Positions 46,947 through 55,584 of a stretch of 64,000 nucleotides of DNA are shown here, piece after piece (position 1 is the first letter of the stretch; each line of letters starts with the position of its first letter). The notes beneath the pieces were generated by a model. The model saw only the letters and a list, made by a program, of their open reading frames with translations. It was not told the DNA's origin and searched no databases. A program made the position numbers and the translations under genes. The DNA comes from a virus. The stretch lies in the IMG/VR virus record IMGVR_UViG_3300007735_000795, positions 34,767-98,766 of that record; one strand, written 5' to 3'.

Positions 46947-47622
46947 TATTTATTTTAAGTGAATCAAAAAATTCTTTACGTGCTTGATTATTATTATCCA
47001 TAAACACACCTGATGCTTTGGTAGTAACCATTGCAGCACCTTGGTGTTTTACTCCTCTACATGAAACACATGAGTGTGATGCTACAACAGATACAATAAC
47101 ACCCAAATTACCTTCACAAACTTTATTTACTGCTTGATGAATAGCGGCTGTTAATTGTTCTTGAATAGCACCTCTACGACCAAAGTGTTCTACAATGCGG
47201 TTTAGTTTTGACAAACCAATTACTCTACCCTCAGCACCTGAAACATATCCTATGTGTACTACACCTCTAATTGTTTGGTGGTGATGTGAACACATTGAAG
47301 TTAATTCAATGTTACGTTCAATAATTACACCATCATATCCGTCTGATGGGAATGAAGTAATGTCTGTAAAACCATTATAACGACCTGCCCACAAATCATT
47401 TACATATGCTTTTGCTACACGACGAGGTGTGTCAGCAGAATTAGGATCATTTTGCCAGTCACATTTTAATGCTGTTAGAAAGTTACCAAAATGCTCAGCA
47501 GCTTCTTCAATCATTTTTAATTTTTCTCGTTCTGTAAATGGTGCTCCAGGAGCAGAACCATTAGCAAAACCTGTAGGGACACATTCAATGTCGTTGTGAA
47601 ATTTTCTTCTATTGTTTTCCAT
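46927..47622 (-). CDS. folE: GTP cyclohydrolase I
   Basis: TPRRVAK, SMCSHH, GLSKL.R, IQE.LT, HSCVSCRG. Confidence 0.96.
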   Translation of the reverse strand: MENNRRKFHNDIECVPTGFANGSAPGAPFTEREKLKMIEEAAEHFGNFLTALKCDWQNDPNSADTPRRVAKAYVNDLWAGRYNGFTDITSFPSDGYDGVIIERNIELTSMCSHHHQTIRGVVHIGYVSGAEGRVIGLSKLNRIVEHFGRRGAIQEQLTAAIHQAVNKVCEGNLGVIVSVVASHSCVSCRGVKHQGAAMVTTKASGVFMDNNNQARKEFFDSLKINNGHVSI

Positions 47623-47646
47623 ATAACCTTAATATAATAAATTTTA

Positions 47647-48159
47647 TTAAACTGCCAAGATGTAAGGTAAACTTCTTTTTTTACCATTATCATCATCCAT
47701 ACCATAGCCTACAACCCATTCTGATTTGATTTCAAATCCATAAATTGATCCTATAGGTATGTTTATTTCGTTAATTTCTCTTTTTATTAAAGTAACAATG
47801 TTTACTCCAAAAGCACCTTTTTCTGTAAATTGATTTTTTAAAATATTCATTGTTACACCTGTATCATAAATGTCGTCTATAATGTAAACAAATTTACCTT
47901 TTACATCTAAAGAAGCAGGAATAATCATTTCAGGTGTTTCATGTTCTCTACCCTTATAAGACTTTACTTTAATAAATTCACATTCAGGGTCTAAATGTGA
48001 TAATTGATCCATTAGTTTAGAATAAAACATAAAACCACCACTTAAAACACATACCATAACAATTGGTACTTCTTTTTCTGATTTGTGGCGGTTGTGAATT
48101 TGGGTAGAGATTTCTTTAATTCTCTTTTCAATTGTTTCTTTTTCAAATAATACTTTCAT
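47647..48159 (-). CDS. hpt: purine phosphoribosyltransferase (HPRT-like)
   Basis: VLSGGFMF, VKSY, IIDDIYDTGVT PRPP loop, VVGYGMD. Confidence 0.9.
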   Translation of the reverse strand: MKVLFEKETIEKRIKEISTQIHNRHKSEKEVPIVMVCVLSGGFMFYSKLMDQLSHLDPECEFIKVKSYKGREHETPEMIIPASLDVKGKFVYIIDDIYDTGVTMNILKNQFTEKGAFGVNIVTLIKREINEINIPIGSIYGFEIKSEWVVGYGMDDDNGKKRSLPYILAV

Positions 48160-48418
48160 ATAGAGATTTTATTTCGTTTCCGCCTGGGTAATGTTTTGTT
48201 TTGCCTTTGCTTGCTAGTATTAGGTGAGGGTAATAGTCTACACCATATTCTTGTTCTAATTCTTCGTTTTCTTCAATTTTAATGAATTTGAATCTTAATC
48301 GTTCAACTATTTTTTGAACATATGGGTTAGCTGCTTTACAAGCACCACACCAGTCAGCACTAAACAAAATGATAACATTTTCGTTATTAATTGTTTCTTT
48401 TAATAGTTGTTTATTCAT
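48143..48418 (-). CDS. thioredoxin
   Basis: FSADWCGAC; likely start MNKQLL. Confidence 0.88.
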   Translation of the reverse strand: MNKQLLKETINNENVIILFSADWCGACKAANPYVQKIVERLRFKFIKIEENEELEQEYGVDYYPHLILASKGKTKHYPGGNEIKSLYESII

Positions 48419-48419
48419 A

Positions 48420-49202
48420 TTAAACTTCTCTTTTAGTATCAAAGGCTATAATGTGTTCTCTACCTGTAAAATTATAACCATTGTCTCTACAAAAATCCAT
48501 TACCATAGGATAAACTCGAATTAATTCTTCTCTAGTATCACCTGGAGGCATAAGCCAAGTTTTGCTTTTAGGGATATTTAAATCACACATAAATTGTTTT
48601 ATTTCTTCCCACACTTCAGGCATTTCAATAGGATTACATACTGGTTTAAAGTGAAAATCATTATGATATTCAATCATTTGTTTAATATTTTCTTTATGAA
48701 GGCGGAACTTATTGTGTTGGTCCACCATTTTTTGGTCCACTTCTTTCCCCTGCGGTGTATTAATTCCAATCCTAGGTACACTATTACTGAACTTAGGAGA
48801 CAATGATACCAAGCCAATTGGATAATCTGTTTCAATAAAATGTGAACCTTCAGTTTCTATTGTTATAAATATACCTCGTTGGTAAGCAAAATGAGTAAGT
48901 TCATTTACCAAATCAGGATGCATTGTTGGTGATCCTCCTGTTAACATCATTTCTGTAATAAATGGATTTTGATTATAGATTTCAATGATGTCATTAAATG
49001 TATATTTACCTTTTTCAGGGTGAATACTTGTATACCATGAATCACACCAACCACCTTCTCCAAACCAGCAACGATGAGTACAACCTGTGGTTCTTATTGC
49101 TACTGTAGGTCTTCCTGCTCTACTACCTTCACTTTGTACACATGTATAAAGTTCAACTATAGGTAGAGTTTTAGTATAATCAGTTATTCTTCCTGGTTTC
49201 AT
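48420..49202 (-). CDS. queE: 7-carboxy-7-deazaguanine synthase (radical SAM)
   Basis: QSEG..G.P, CTHRC..CD, TGG.P, IETEG, SPK. Confidence 0.93.
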   Translation of the reverse strand: MKPGRITDYTKTLPIVELYTCVQSEGSRAGRPTVAIRTTGCTHRCWFGEGGWCDSWYTSIHPEKGKYTFNDIIEIYNQNPFITEMMLTGGSPTMHPDLVNELTHFAYQRGIFITIETEGSHFIETDYPIGLVSLSPKFSNSVPRIGINTPQGKEVDQKMVDQHNKFRLHKENIKQMIEYHNDFHFKPVCNPIEMPEVWEEIKQFMCDLNIPKSKTWLMPPGDTREELIRVYPMVMDFCRDNGYNFTGREHIIAFDTKREV

Positions 49203-49252
49203 TGTAAATGTAAATATAATTTATGTTGTATGTTGGAGTTGATGTCCAGTAG

Positions 49253-49717
49253 TTATTCTCCGTAACTAGCACTGTTTCTTTCGTTTTCATATACTTCTAC
49301 TTTTGCTACTTGTACTCGACCATTAGTTTCTTCTACTAAAAATGTATTTAGTTTTAAATATAAATACTTTGCAAACTGTTCTGCTCCAGTAGCAGGTATA
49401 ATTCGTAGTTGAATAAGACCATTACTATGCATTTCTTTAAATTGTTCCAAATATGGATCGTCTTCTGCTATAATTGTAGTATGATCAAACATATGATCCA
49501 TCCATGCTTTAGGATTCATACCACCAATGGTTCCTTTAGCACGTTTCATGCCTCCAAAGTCCCATACCCAATTACGTTCGTCCAATTCACCTTTGAACCA
49601 TACTCTAAATGATACAGCATATCCATGTAAAAATTTACAATGAGTATCTTCTGCTCTCCATTGACGAAAACATGTACTGAATCCGTCAAATAATTTTGTT
49701 GATTTAAATGTTTCCAT
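49253..49717 (-). CDS. queD: 6-carboxy-5,6,7,8-tetrahydropterin synthase
   Basis: C..LHGY, DFG, FDH, G.E, VYEN. Confidence 0.92.
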   Translation of the reverse strand: METFKSTKLFDGFSTCFRQWRAEDTHCKFLHGYAVSFRVWFKGELDERNWVWDFGGMKRAKGTIGGMNPKAWMDHMFDHTTIIAEDDPYLEQFKEMHSNGLIQLRIIPATGAEQFAKYLYLKLNTFLVEETNGRVQVAKVEVYENERNSASYGE

Positions 49718-49721
49718 GTTG

Positions 49722-49982
49722 TTAGTTTATCACTTCACTAAATGTTTTCCAATTTACTTCATCAACATGCATTCCATTTTCATCTACTTCAGATTTACCT
49801 GTAGGTATACCTAACACAATGTCTCCGTTTCCATCTTTAGCTATGGCAATAAAACCAAAACCTTCACAAATGTACGAAGAATAATGATTAGGTTCAAGAG
49901 TATCTGCAATTTCTAAAATGTCAAAATCCCAGGGCATTTCGGGATCATTTTTTTCAGCCCATTGTTTACTAAATTCAGCCAT
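49722..49982 (-). CDS. hypothetical protein
   Basis: 86 aa, MAEFSKQ..ICEG.G. Confidence 0.7.
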   Translation of the reverse strand: MAEFSKQWAEKNDPEMPWDFDILEIADTLEPNHYSSYICEGFGFIAIAKDGNGDIVLGIPTGKSEVDENGMHVDEVNWKTFSEVIN

Positions 49983-50229
49983 AATTCAACCAGTCTATAA
50001 TTTGATTAAAAGTTTTTATTCCTGTAAATCTACGAACTTCCTTTTCATTCTCCACGAGAACTACAGTAGGAATGTTTCTTACTTGTGCTTCTGTAAGCAC
50101 AGCTGGGTCAGCATAATCAATGTTAATTTTACGAACAGGAATTTGTTTATTAACTTGATCCATGATTGGTCCTAGTGTTTCACAAGGGTTACACCATGGT
50201 GCTGAATAGTAATATAACTGTTTGCTCAT
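49975..50229 (-). CDS. thioredoxin
   Basis: SAPWCNPC, VRNIPT. Confidence 0.9.
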   Translation of the reverse strand: MSKQLYYYSAPWCNPCETLGPIMDQVNKQIPVRKINIDYADPAVLTEAQVRNIPTVVLVENEKEVRRFTGIKTFNQIIDWLNYG

Positions 50230-50381
50230 ACTAATTCCTCCACTATACCTAAAATTTCACTTGCTACTAAAAGTATAACTCCAATTACTGGGTCTGGTAG
50301 TAAGGCTATGTATCCTACAATTCGTAGTGAAGATTTAGCTAGACTAATTTTCTGATGTTTCTTCGGATCCGGGTGTTGCAT
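50226..50381 (-). CDS. 51 aa small membrane protein
   Basis: MQHPDPKKHQKISLAKSSLRIVG...SEILGIVEELV*; ATGA-coupled to thioredoxin. Confidence 0.65.
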   Translation of the reverse strand: MQHPDPKKHQKISLAKSSLRIVGYIALLPDPVIGVILLVASEILGIVEELV

Positions 50382-50532
50382 TTTCTTCTAAATTTAAGTT
50401 TTCTAATTGTTTTTTCATTACTTCAGTAAATACTTTTTCATACGCACGTTCCATGTTTTTGAAATTAATATTACGTTTTTTAATTCGTTTGTTGTGGGCT
50501 TTTTTACCACCTCGTTTTCTAGATGTTGGCAT
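50344..50532 (-). CDS. small basic protein
   Basis: MPTSRKRGGKKAHNKRIKKRN. Confidence 0.6.
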   Translation of the reverse strand: MPTSRKRGGKKAHNKRIKKRNINFKNMERAYEKVFTEVMKKQLENLNLEENATPGSEETSEN

Positions 50533-51412
50533 GGTTTTTTAATATTTGTTGTACATGATTTGTTACTACTCTCCAAGTTGTAGGACCTTCTTCATTAGCA
50601 TATTCTACTGGATCTGGTTTTCCTAGTTTCATAAATGCTTCAATACGTTCTACAGATGATGCTGATTTGTAATCTGAATACCATTTACTTCTAAATTCAC
50701 CATTTATATCTTGCCAAGTCCAATGGATTGGTTTATATGATGTATTAGTACGGTAATATACTTCATTAAAGTCTAAGCCAAGTTTACCTAAACATTTATC
50801 ACCATCTTTTAGAATACCAAACTTATCAGTATCAAGATAAGGCGTATAATGATATACTTTTTCAGCTCCCCAATTTCCCATTTTGAATGCTTCAAAATCA
50901 GCATCTCTAAATTCTTGACGACAATCAGGGTAAATAGCATGATCACCAGCATGAATACCCATTGCAATAGCACATTCAGTATTATTTTGTTCAGCAATTG
51001 ATAATGCTACTGCTTGAATAATAGAACTAAAGATTTTATTACGATTAGGAACTACTGTTGCTTTCATATTCTCTTCAGCGTAGTGTCCTTCAGGTACATC
51101 TTCACCTCCAGTTACTAAAGCTGAATTGAGTAGTTCAGATAATCCATCAAGTTTAATTACTTGGTGTTTTACTAGTGGATAAATTTCTTCAAATCCATTA
51201 GGTGCATGATCATGATGGAATAGACGAGTTGGGTTATTATTAATGTACTTAACTAAATCCTTAGCACGTTCTAATTCAACATTGTGTTTTTGACCATAGT
51301 CAAAACTTAAACATGTAACCTCATAGTTGTTAGCTAACAGGTGTAGTAGTAGTGTACTTGAATCTAATCCCCCAGATAGGCTAAGTACTGCTTGTTTTTT
51401 GTTTATATTCAT
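50519..51412 (-). CDS. queC: 7-cyano-7-deazaguanine synthase
   Basis: LSGGLDS, FDYGQKH, TVVPNRN, YPDCR. Confidence 0.95.
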   Translation of the reverse strand: MNINKKQAVLSLSGGLDSSTLLLHLLANNYEVTCLSFDYGQKHNVELERAKDLVKYINNNPTRLFHHDHAPNGFEEIYPLVKHQVIKLDGLSELLNSALVTGGEDVPEGHYAEENMKATVVPNRNKIFSSIIQAVALSIAEQNNTECAIAMGIHAGDHAIYPDCRQEFRDADFEAFKMGNWGAEKVYHYTPYLDTDKFGILKDGDKCLGKLGLDFNEVYYRTNTSYKPIHWTWQDINGEFRSKWYSDYKSASSVERIEAFMKLGKPDPVEYANEEGPTTWRVVTNHVQQILKNHANI

Positions 51413-51435
51413 AACTTTAATATATAAAATTTTTT

Positions 51436-52095
51436 TTAATTTTCAAATTTATTTCCTTTTTTTAAATTATCTTCCCACCATAGTGGCTGGAGATTTGTGT
51501 AATGGCATGCTTTTTTTACTTCATCCTCTATAGTTAGATCAAATGAAGATAATGGAAGAATATGATCTATATGCCATCCTTTTAAACCATAATTTTCCCA
51601 TGTCATCCCATCAGTAAATTGTTTTTCAATATGAGACATGAAAGTTTCTCGATCACATCCTATAAGTTCAAGGGTAGTAGCACCTAAATTTCTTTTATTA
51701 ATTAAATCAGATAACCTTCCAGACATGTTTCCTTTTATTTTAAAGAACATATCTTCTTTTCTACGATTGTGTCTATATTCTCTTTCATACTTTCTCCACC
51801 AATTTAGATTTTCAGCTACATATTTTTTTCTATATTGTTTAGCCTTATCTGTTTTATCTCTTTCAGCCCTAGTATTAGTTTTAGTTTGGAAATGTTTATC
51901 ATATACTAAATCACATGATTTACATTGAGATTTTAATCCCATAAATCCTTCTTTTTGAGGAGTAAAAAAATTAAAATCTTTTATTTCTAAACATTTAGTA
52001 CAACGCTTTTTACTTTCTTTAGCTAAATCTTCTTTTTCTTTAAGTTTAGGATTATTTTTTCTCCTATATTCTTTCATGTATTCTTTACTAGGCAT
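51436..52095 (-). CDS. HNH homing-type endonuclease
   Basis: CTKC..CKSC, MTWENYG..WHIDHI.P...HYTNLQPLW..DN..K; same family as 41075..41842. Confidence 0.9.
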   Translation of the reverse strand: MPSKEYMKEYRRKNNPKLKEKEDLAKESKKRCTKCLEIKDFNFFTPQKEGFMGLKSQCKSCDLVYDKHFQTKTNTRAERDKTDKAKQYRKKYVAENLNWWRKYEREYRHNRRKEDMFFKIKGNMSGRLSDLINKRNLGATTLELIGCDRETFMSHIEKQFTDGMTWENYGLKGWHIDHILPLSSFDLTIEDEVKKACHYTNLQPLWWEDNLKKGNKFEN

Positions 52096-52105
52096 ATTTA
52101 TATAA

Positions 52106-52142
52106 TTTTATGGCGGTTATAAATATTATAACCACCATAAAA
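52106..52142 (-). promoter_or_regulatory. 17-bp RNA hairpin enclosing class-2 promoter upstream of HNH gene
   Basis: TTTTATGGTGGTTATAA-TAT-TTATAACCGCCATAAAA (one G:U pair in - strand RNA). Confidence 0.8.
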
Positions 52143-52153
52143 AAACATAAAAA

Positions 52154-52471
52154 TTAGAAAGATACTGTATGAATTGTTTTAATAGAAAGATCAGACATTT
52201 CATATTTAGCTAAATCTTTATCTCTAGCTACTTGAAAATCTACTGATTGTCCGTTTTTTGTTTCTACCCAAAGTTCTTTAATAAACTCGGTTTTGATGAT
52301 TTTTTCATCTTCGTCTCTTGTAATTTTAAAAACTGCTACTTTGTTTTGCATAACTTGTTGGTTATTTAAATTGTTATAAGTTAATGTTGTTCCAGTACTA
52401 TATGAAGTACCGATGCCTGTGGGTGATGTTGATAAAACACAACCGTTGATGTTATTTATTAATGTTGACAT
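52154..52471 (-). CDS. hypothetical protein
   Basis: 105 aa ORF. Confidence 0.65.
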   Translation of the reverse strand: MSTLINNINGCVLSTSPTGIGTSYSTGTTLTYNNLNNQQVMQNKVAVFKITRDEDEKIIKTEFIKELWVETKNGQSVDFQVARDKDLAKYEMSDLSIKTIHTVSF

Positions 52472-52476
52472 AATTA

Positions 52477-52746
52477 TTAATTGTATTTTTTATATAAGGT
52501 TTCTAATACTTGAGTATCTTCATTACTCATTTGGTAAAAATTTTTAGACAAAGCATCACACATGTTAATATGTTCTTGTTCTAACAATGATACTTGAGAT
52601 GCTCTGTGTTTGAAAACTTGAGTCTGTTTTAAATGACCATCTTTAATAAGAGCATCAACAAGAGTTTTAATGTCTCTTTCCTGACATTCAGATAGGAATT
52701 CGTTTACTGAAATTTCTAATTCGGCGTCTGTACAAAAATAGGGCAT
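52477..52746 (-). CDS. hypothetical protein
   Basis: 89 aa ORF. Confidence 0.7.
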   Translation of the reverse strand: MPYFCTDAELEISVNEFLSECQERDIKTLVDALIKDGHLKQTQVFKHRASQVSLLEQEHINMCDALSKNFYQMSNEDTQVLETLYKKYN

Positions 52747-52757
52747 AACTTTTATTT

Positions 52758-52943
52758 TTATTTGTTAAAGTAATTAGCAAGCCAATCTGAAGGATACAAC
52801 ATTACTACTCCATCATATTTTGGGTTAGACACTTGGCGAGTTTGAATTTTTACTCTATCTCGCATTGCAGCCTCGGCTACTTGTTTTCCTAGTTGACTAC
52901 CTGCGGCCTTGCCTAAGTAGTCATAAAGTGATTTATATTCCAT
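52758..52943 (-). CDS. hypothetical protein
   Basis: SLYDYLG.AAG..LG..V motif. Confidence 0.7.
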   Translation of the reverse strand: MEYKSLYDYLGKAAGSQLGKQVAEAAMRDRVKIQTRQVSNPKYDGVVMLYPSDWLANYFNK

Positions 52944-53718
52944 TTATTATTTTGAATTGTTTAGTATTAAAAAGAATTTTTGTTAATTGTGGTTTTTCTA
53001 AATCTGCTTCTATTACATCATCAATTTTAGTAGTTGGTTTTTTGTCTAAACCCCACTCATTGTATCTTGTATTTTCAATAGCAGCCATAATAGGATTTGA
53101 TGTGTCAATTGTAGTAACAAAAGGCATATTTTTATAATATACAAACTCTTGTGGTATAGCACACCCTAATAAATGAATATTATCAATTTCTTTAATTATA
53201 CCTTGATGATACAATTTACTTACAACATGTACTCGTCCCATTGCTGTAGCAACGTCTGGAGTTGAATGAGGGAATTCATGTTTATAATAAGCAGCACCAT
53301 ATGAAAATGCTATTTTTCGGTATCCTAATGCTTTATATTTTTGGTAGCATTCTGCTGCTTCATAAAAACTTTTAGCTTGTACTACTGCTACTTTTATAGT
53401 ATGTGCAGGTAATTCTATTTTAGCCCATTCAGCAGCGTTTTTAAGTGATGCTTCCATGTCTTCCCACACATCAGGAACAATAAATTCATTAGGTTGTAAT
53501 TCATTTATCCAATGCATCAAACGATCAGTATCGTATGCTTGTCCTAATTCATGTAATGAATTGTCCATTATTACATATCGATTATTTTCTTTAGCCCATC
53601 TAAAATACTTCTCGTATCGATCGTATTTGTCTAATAGGTGGGGCAGACAATAGTCATAGTCGTTAAAACTTTTTGACCATTCTAAAACACATAAGGGAAC
53701 TTCGTGAGATATTTTCAT
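52933..53718 (-). CDS. TGT/DpdA-like guanine transglycosylase
   Basis: IMDNS, VPD, AVVQ, IHLLG, IDTS TGT-barrel pattern; upstream of queC/D/E/folE. Confidence 0.7.
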   Translation of the reverse strand: MKISHEVPLCVLEWSKSFNDYDYCLPHLLDKYDRYEKYFRWAKENNRYVIMDNSLHELGQAYDTDRLMHWINELQPNEFIVPDVWEDMEASLKNAAEWAKIELPAHTIKVAVVQAKSFYEAAECYQKYKALGYRKIAFSYGAAYYKHEFPHSTPDVATAMGRVHVVSKLYHQGIIKEIDNIHLLGCAIPQEFVYYKNMPFVTTIDTSNPIMAAIENTRYNEWGLDKKPTTKIDDVIEADLEKPQLTKILFNTKQFKIINGI

Positions 53719-53763
53719 AACGTGTTAAATATAAATATAAAATTTTAATAAAACAAATGTATT

Positions 53764-54282
53764 TTAAAAAGGAGAATTATCTTCTGTTAATTTGGCTCGT
53801 ATAGCCCTGTAACTTCGAATTACTTCATCAGTGGTACCACAAGCAAAATTGTCTATAAAATCATTAACTTCCTCTATTGTACCACCAAACGATGAACGAA
53901 GACTATTTTTAAGATTTTTTATACGTTCAAATTCGTCTCGTTCAAAGTCTTGTCTAAGGTTTTTGATGCGTTTATTGTAATTTGATCTTATGTCTCGTTC
54001 TTTTTCTTCTTTCACATCATCATTGCTATTACTGTTGCGAATATTAGCAATTTCTTCAGCCATCCACCAATACTCATAATTAATGTACTTGGCATAAGGT
54101 GAATATTCAAAATCACCATTTTTGCATTTATCCCATATACTCGAATTGCTTGGTAAAAATTTATGAGTAGGATAACGTCTATGGTAATAGAATATATTAA
54201 ATTTAAGTGGTTTGGGTTTTGGTGGTGCTTTGATACCAAAAACCGGATTCACTTCTTTCAAAACTTCTTCAACTGTAACCAT
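53764..54282 (-). CDS. hypothetical protein
   Basis: 172 aa, NGDFEYSPY. Confidence 0.75.
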   Translation of the reverse strand: MVTVEEVLKEVNPVFGIKAPPKPKPLKFNIFYYHRRYPTHKFLPSNSSIWDKCKNGDFEYSPYAKYINYEYWWMAEEIANIRNSNSNDDVKEEKERDIRSNYNKRIKNLRQDFERDEFERIKNLKNSLRSSFGGTIEEVNDFIDNFACGTTDEVIRSYRAIRAKLTEDNSPF

Positions 54283-54575
54283 TATATTTCTGTTAATTCT
54301 TCTGCAAATACTTCATCTAATAATGCTTGAATATCAGGCATGTCTTCCATTTCTCTGAAACGTTCAATATTAAAACTTGGTTCTATTGTCCCATACTTTT
54401 TAGAGGGTATGTGAGAATTACTAATTTCTTCAAGCAATACCCCAGTATTTGTATCAAACACTATAATTTCTCTAATAGTATAATATTCATTAAGTTTGGG
54501 GCGGTTTGGAATTTTTAATAACTGTTCAGGATTGAACACATCATTAATGCATTGTACAAATGAACCTACTTTCAT
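54282..54575 (-). CDS. hypothetical protein (SH3-like)
   Basis: MKVGSFVQCIND...YTIREI...RF; follows promoter 54580-54611. Confidence 0.7.
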   Translation of the reverse strand: MKVGSFVQCINDVFNPEQLLKIPNRPKLNEYYTIREIIVFDTNTGVLLEEISNSHIPSKKYGTIEPSFNIERFREMEDMPDIQALLDEVFAEELTEI

Positions 54576-54613
54576 ATTCTAAATATAATAAAAAAGTTTT
54601 ACAAAGCCAAATT

Positions 54614-55582
54614 TTAAGTGTACTTTATTATAGTATCATCATCATCTTTTTCTTGTTGAATTTTTTGAATCAACGGGGCGGAAGGAAATATGTATGGTTC
54701 TTGAGGAACGGGTTGTGGTTCAGGTTGAGGTTGTTCATAAATCTGATATTCCTTAACAGGTTCATCTTCTGGTTGCGGTTTAGGCTTTAATTGATTAAAA
54801 GCAATATTTGCCGCAATTACTAAACATATAGCTAAAGGGTCAAACACAAATATAATTACAAGTAAAAACCAATTTATAATTTTATCCATTGGTTTACCTG
54901 TAAGGTTACTTAAGTATTTGAGTGGTCCCAACTCACCTGCTAATTCTGCTTTAGATTCAATTTCTAGTATTTTCATATCTAAAGCTGTTATACTGTCATT
55001 TGCAGCTATAATTTTATTGTCTACTGCTTCTTTATTTTGTAAAGCAGTGTTTAATTGTGCTTCAAATGTTTTTCTATTAGCATTGTTAGCACGAGTAACA
55101 ACTTGACCTGTTTTAGCATCTACAGATTGAGTGGTACTACCTGTAGCTAAAGCATTTCGCAACTGACTAATGTCGTTGTCTAGTCTTTGTTTTTCAGTTG
55201 TATAGTCCGCTTTAGTTTGTTCAAAACGTTCTTTTTTAACTTTATACACTTGAGTTTCTTTATCTACAACACTTGCTTTATTAGCTGTGTCTTGATAAGC
55301 ACCACTTAAGAAACCATAAATACCGGCTGAGGTAATACCAATTAATGTTAGTAATGCTATGGTTAAATATAATCTTAATAATTTACCTAATTTATCCCAA
55401 TATTGATAAAGCAAAGAAGCCATTACTAATTTAGCTGCTTCTAAACTAGAAGCCATAATAATTACTTCAGTACTTGCTCCAGCAAATAATTTAGATAAAC
55501 CAGTTATAGAATAGAAAGCAGCACTACCGCTAACGGCAAGTGCTGATAATGCTATTAAGAATGGGAATATTTTTTGTTTCAT
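54614..55582 (-). CDS. membrane protein with long coiled coil
   Basis: Three N-terminal TM helices, coiled coil, GPLKY..IIFVFDPLA TM. Confidence 0.8.
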   Translation of the reverse strand: MKQKIFPFLIALSALAVSGSAAFYSITGLSKLFAGASTEVIIMASSLEAAKLVMASLLYQYWDKLGKLLRLYLTIALLTLIGITSAGIYGFLSGAYQDTANKASVVDKETQVYKVKKERFEQTKADYTTEKQRLDNDISQLRNALATGSTTQSVDAKTGQVVTRANNANRKTFEAQLNTALQNKEAVDNKIIAANDSITALDMKILEIESKAELAGELGPLKYLSNLTGKPMDKIINWFLLVIIFVFDPLAICLVIAANIAFNQLKPKPQPEDEPVKEYQIYEQPQPEPQPVPQEPYIFPSAPLIQKIQQEKDDDDTIIKYT

Positions 55583-55584
55583 AT

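Noticed and set aside
5343-54239. Nested - strand ORFs 5343..5537, 17156..17365, 47517..47705, 50809..50997, 54012..54239
   Set aside because: Alternative frames inside or across better-supported genes, with no independent signals
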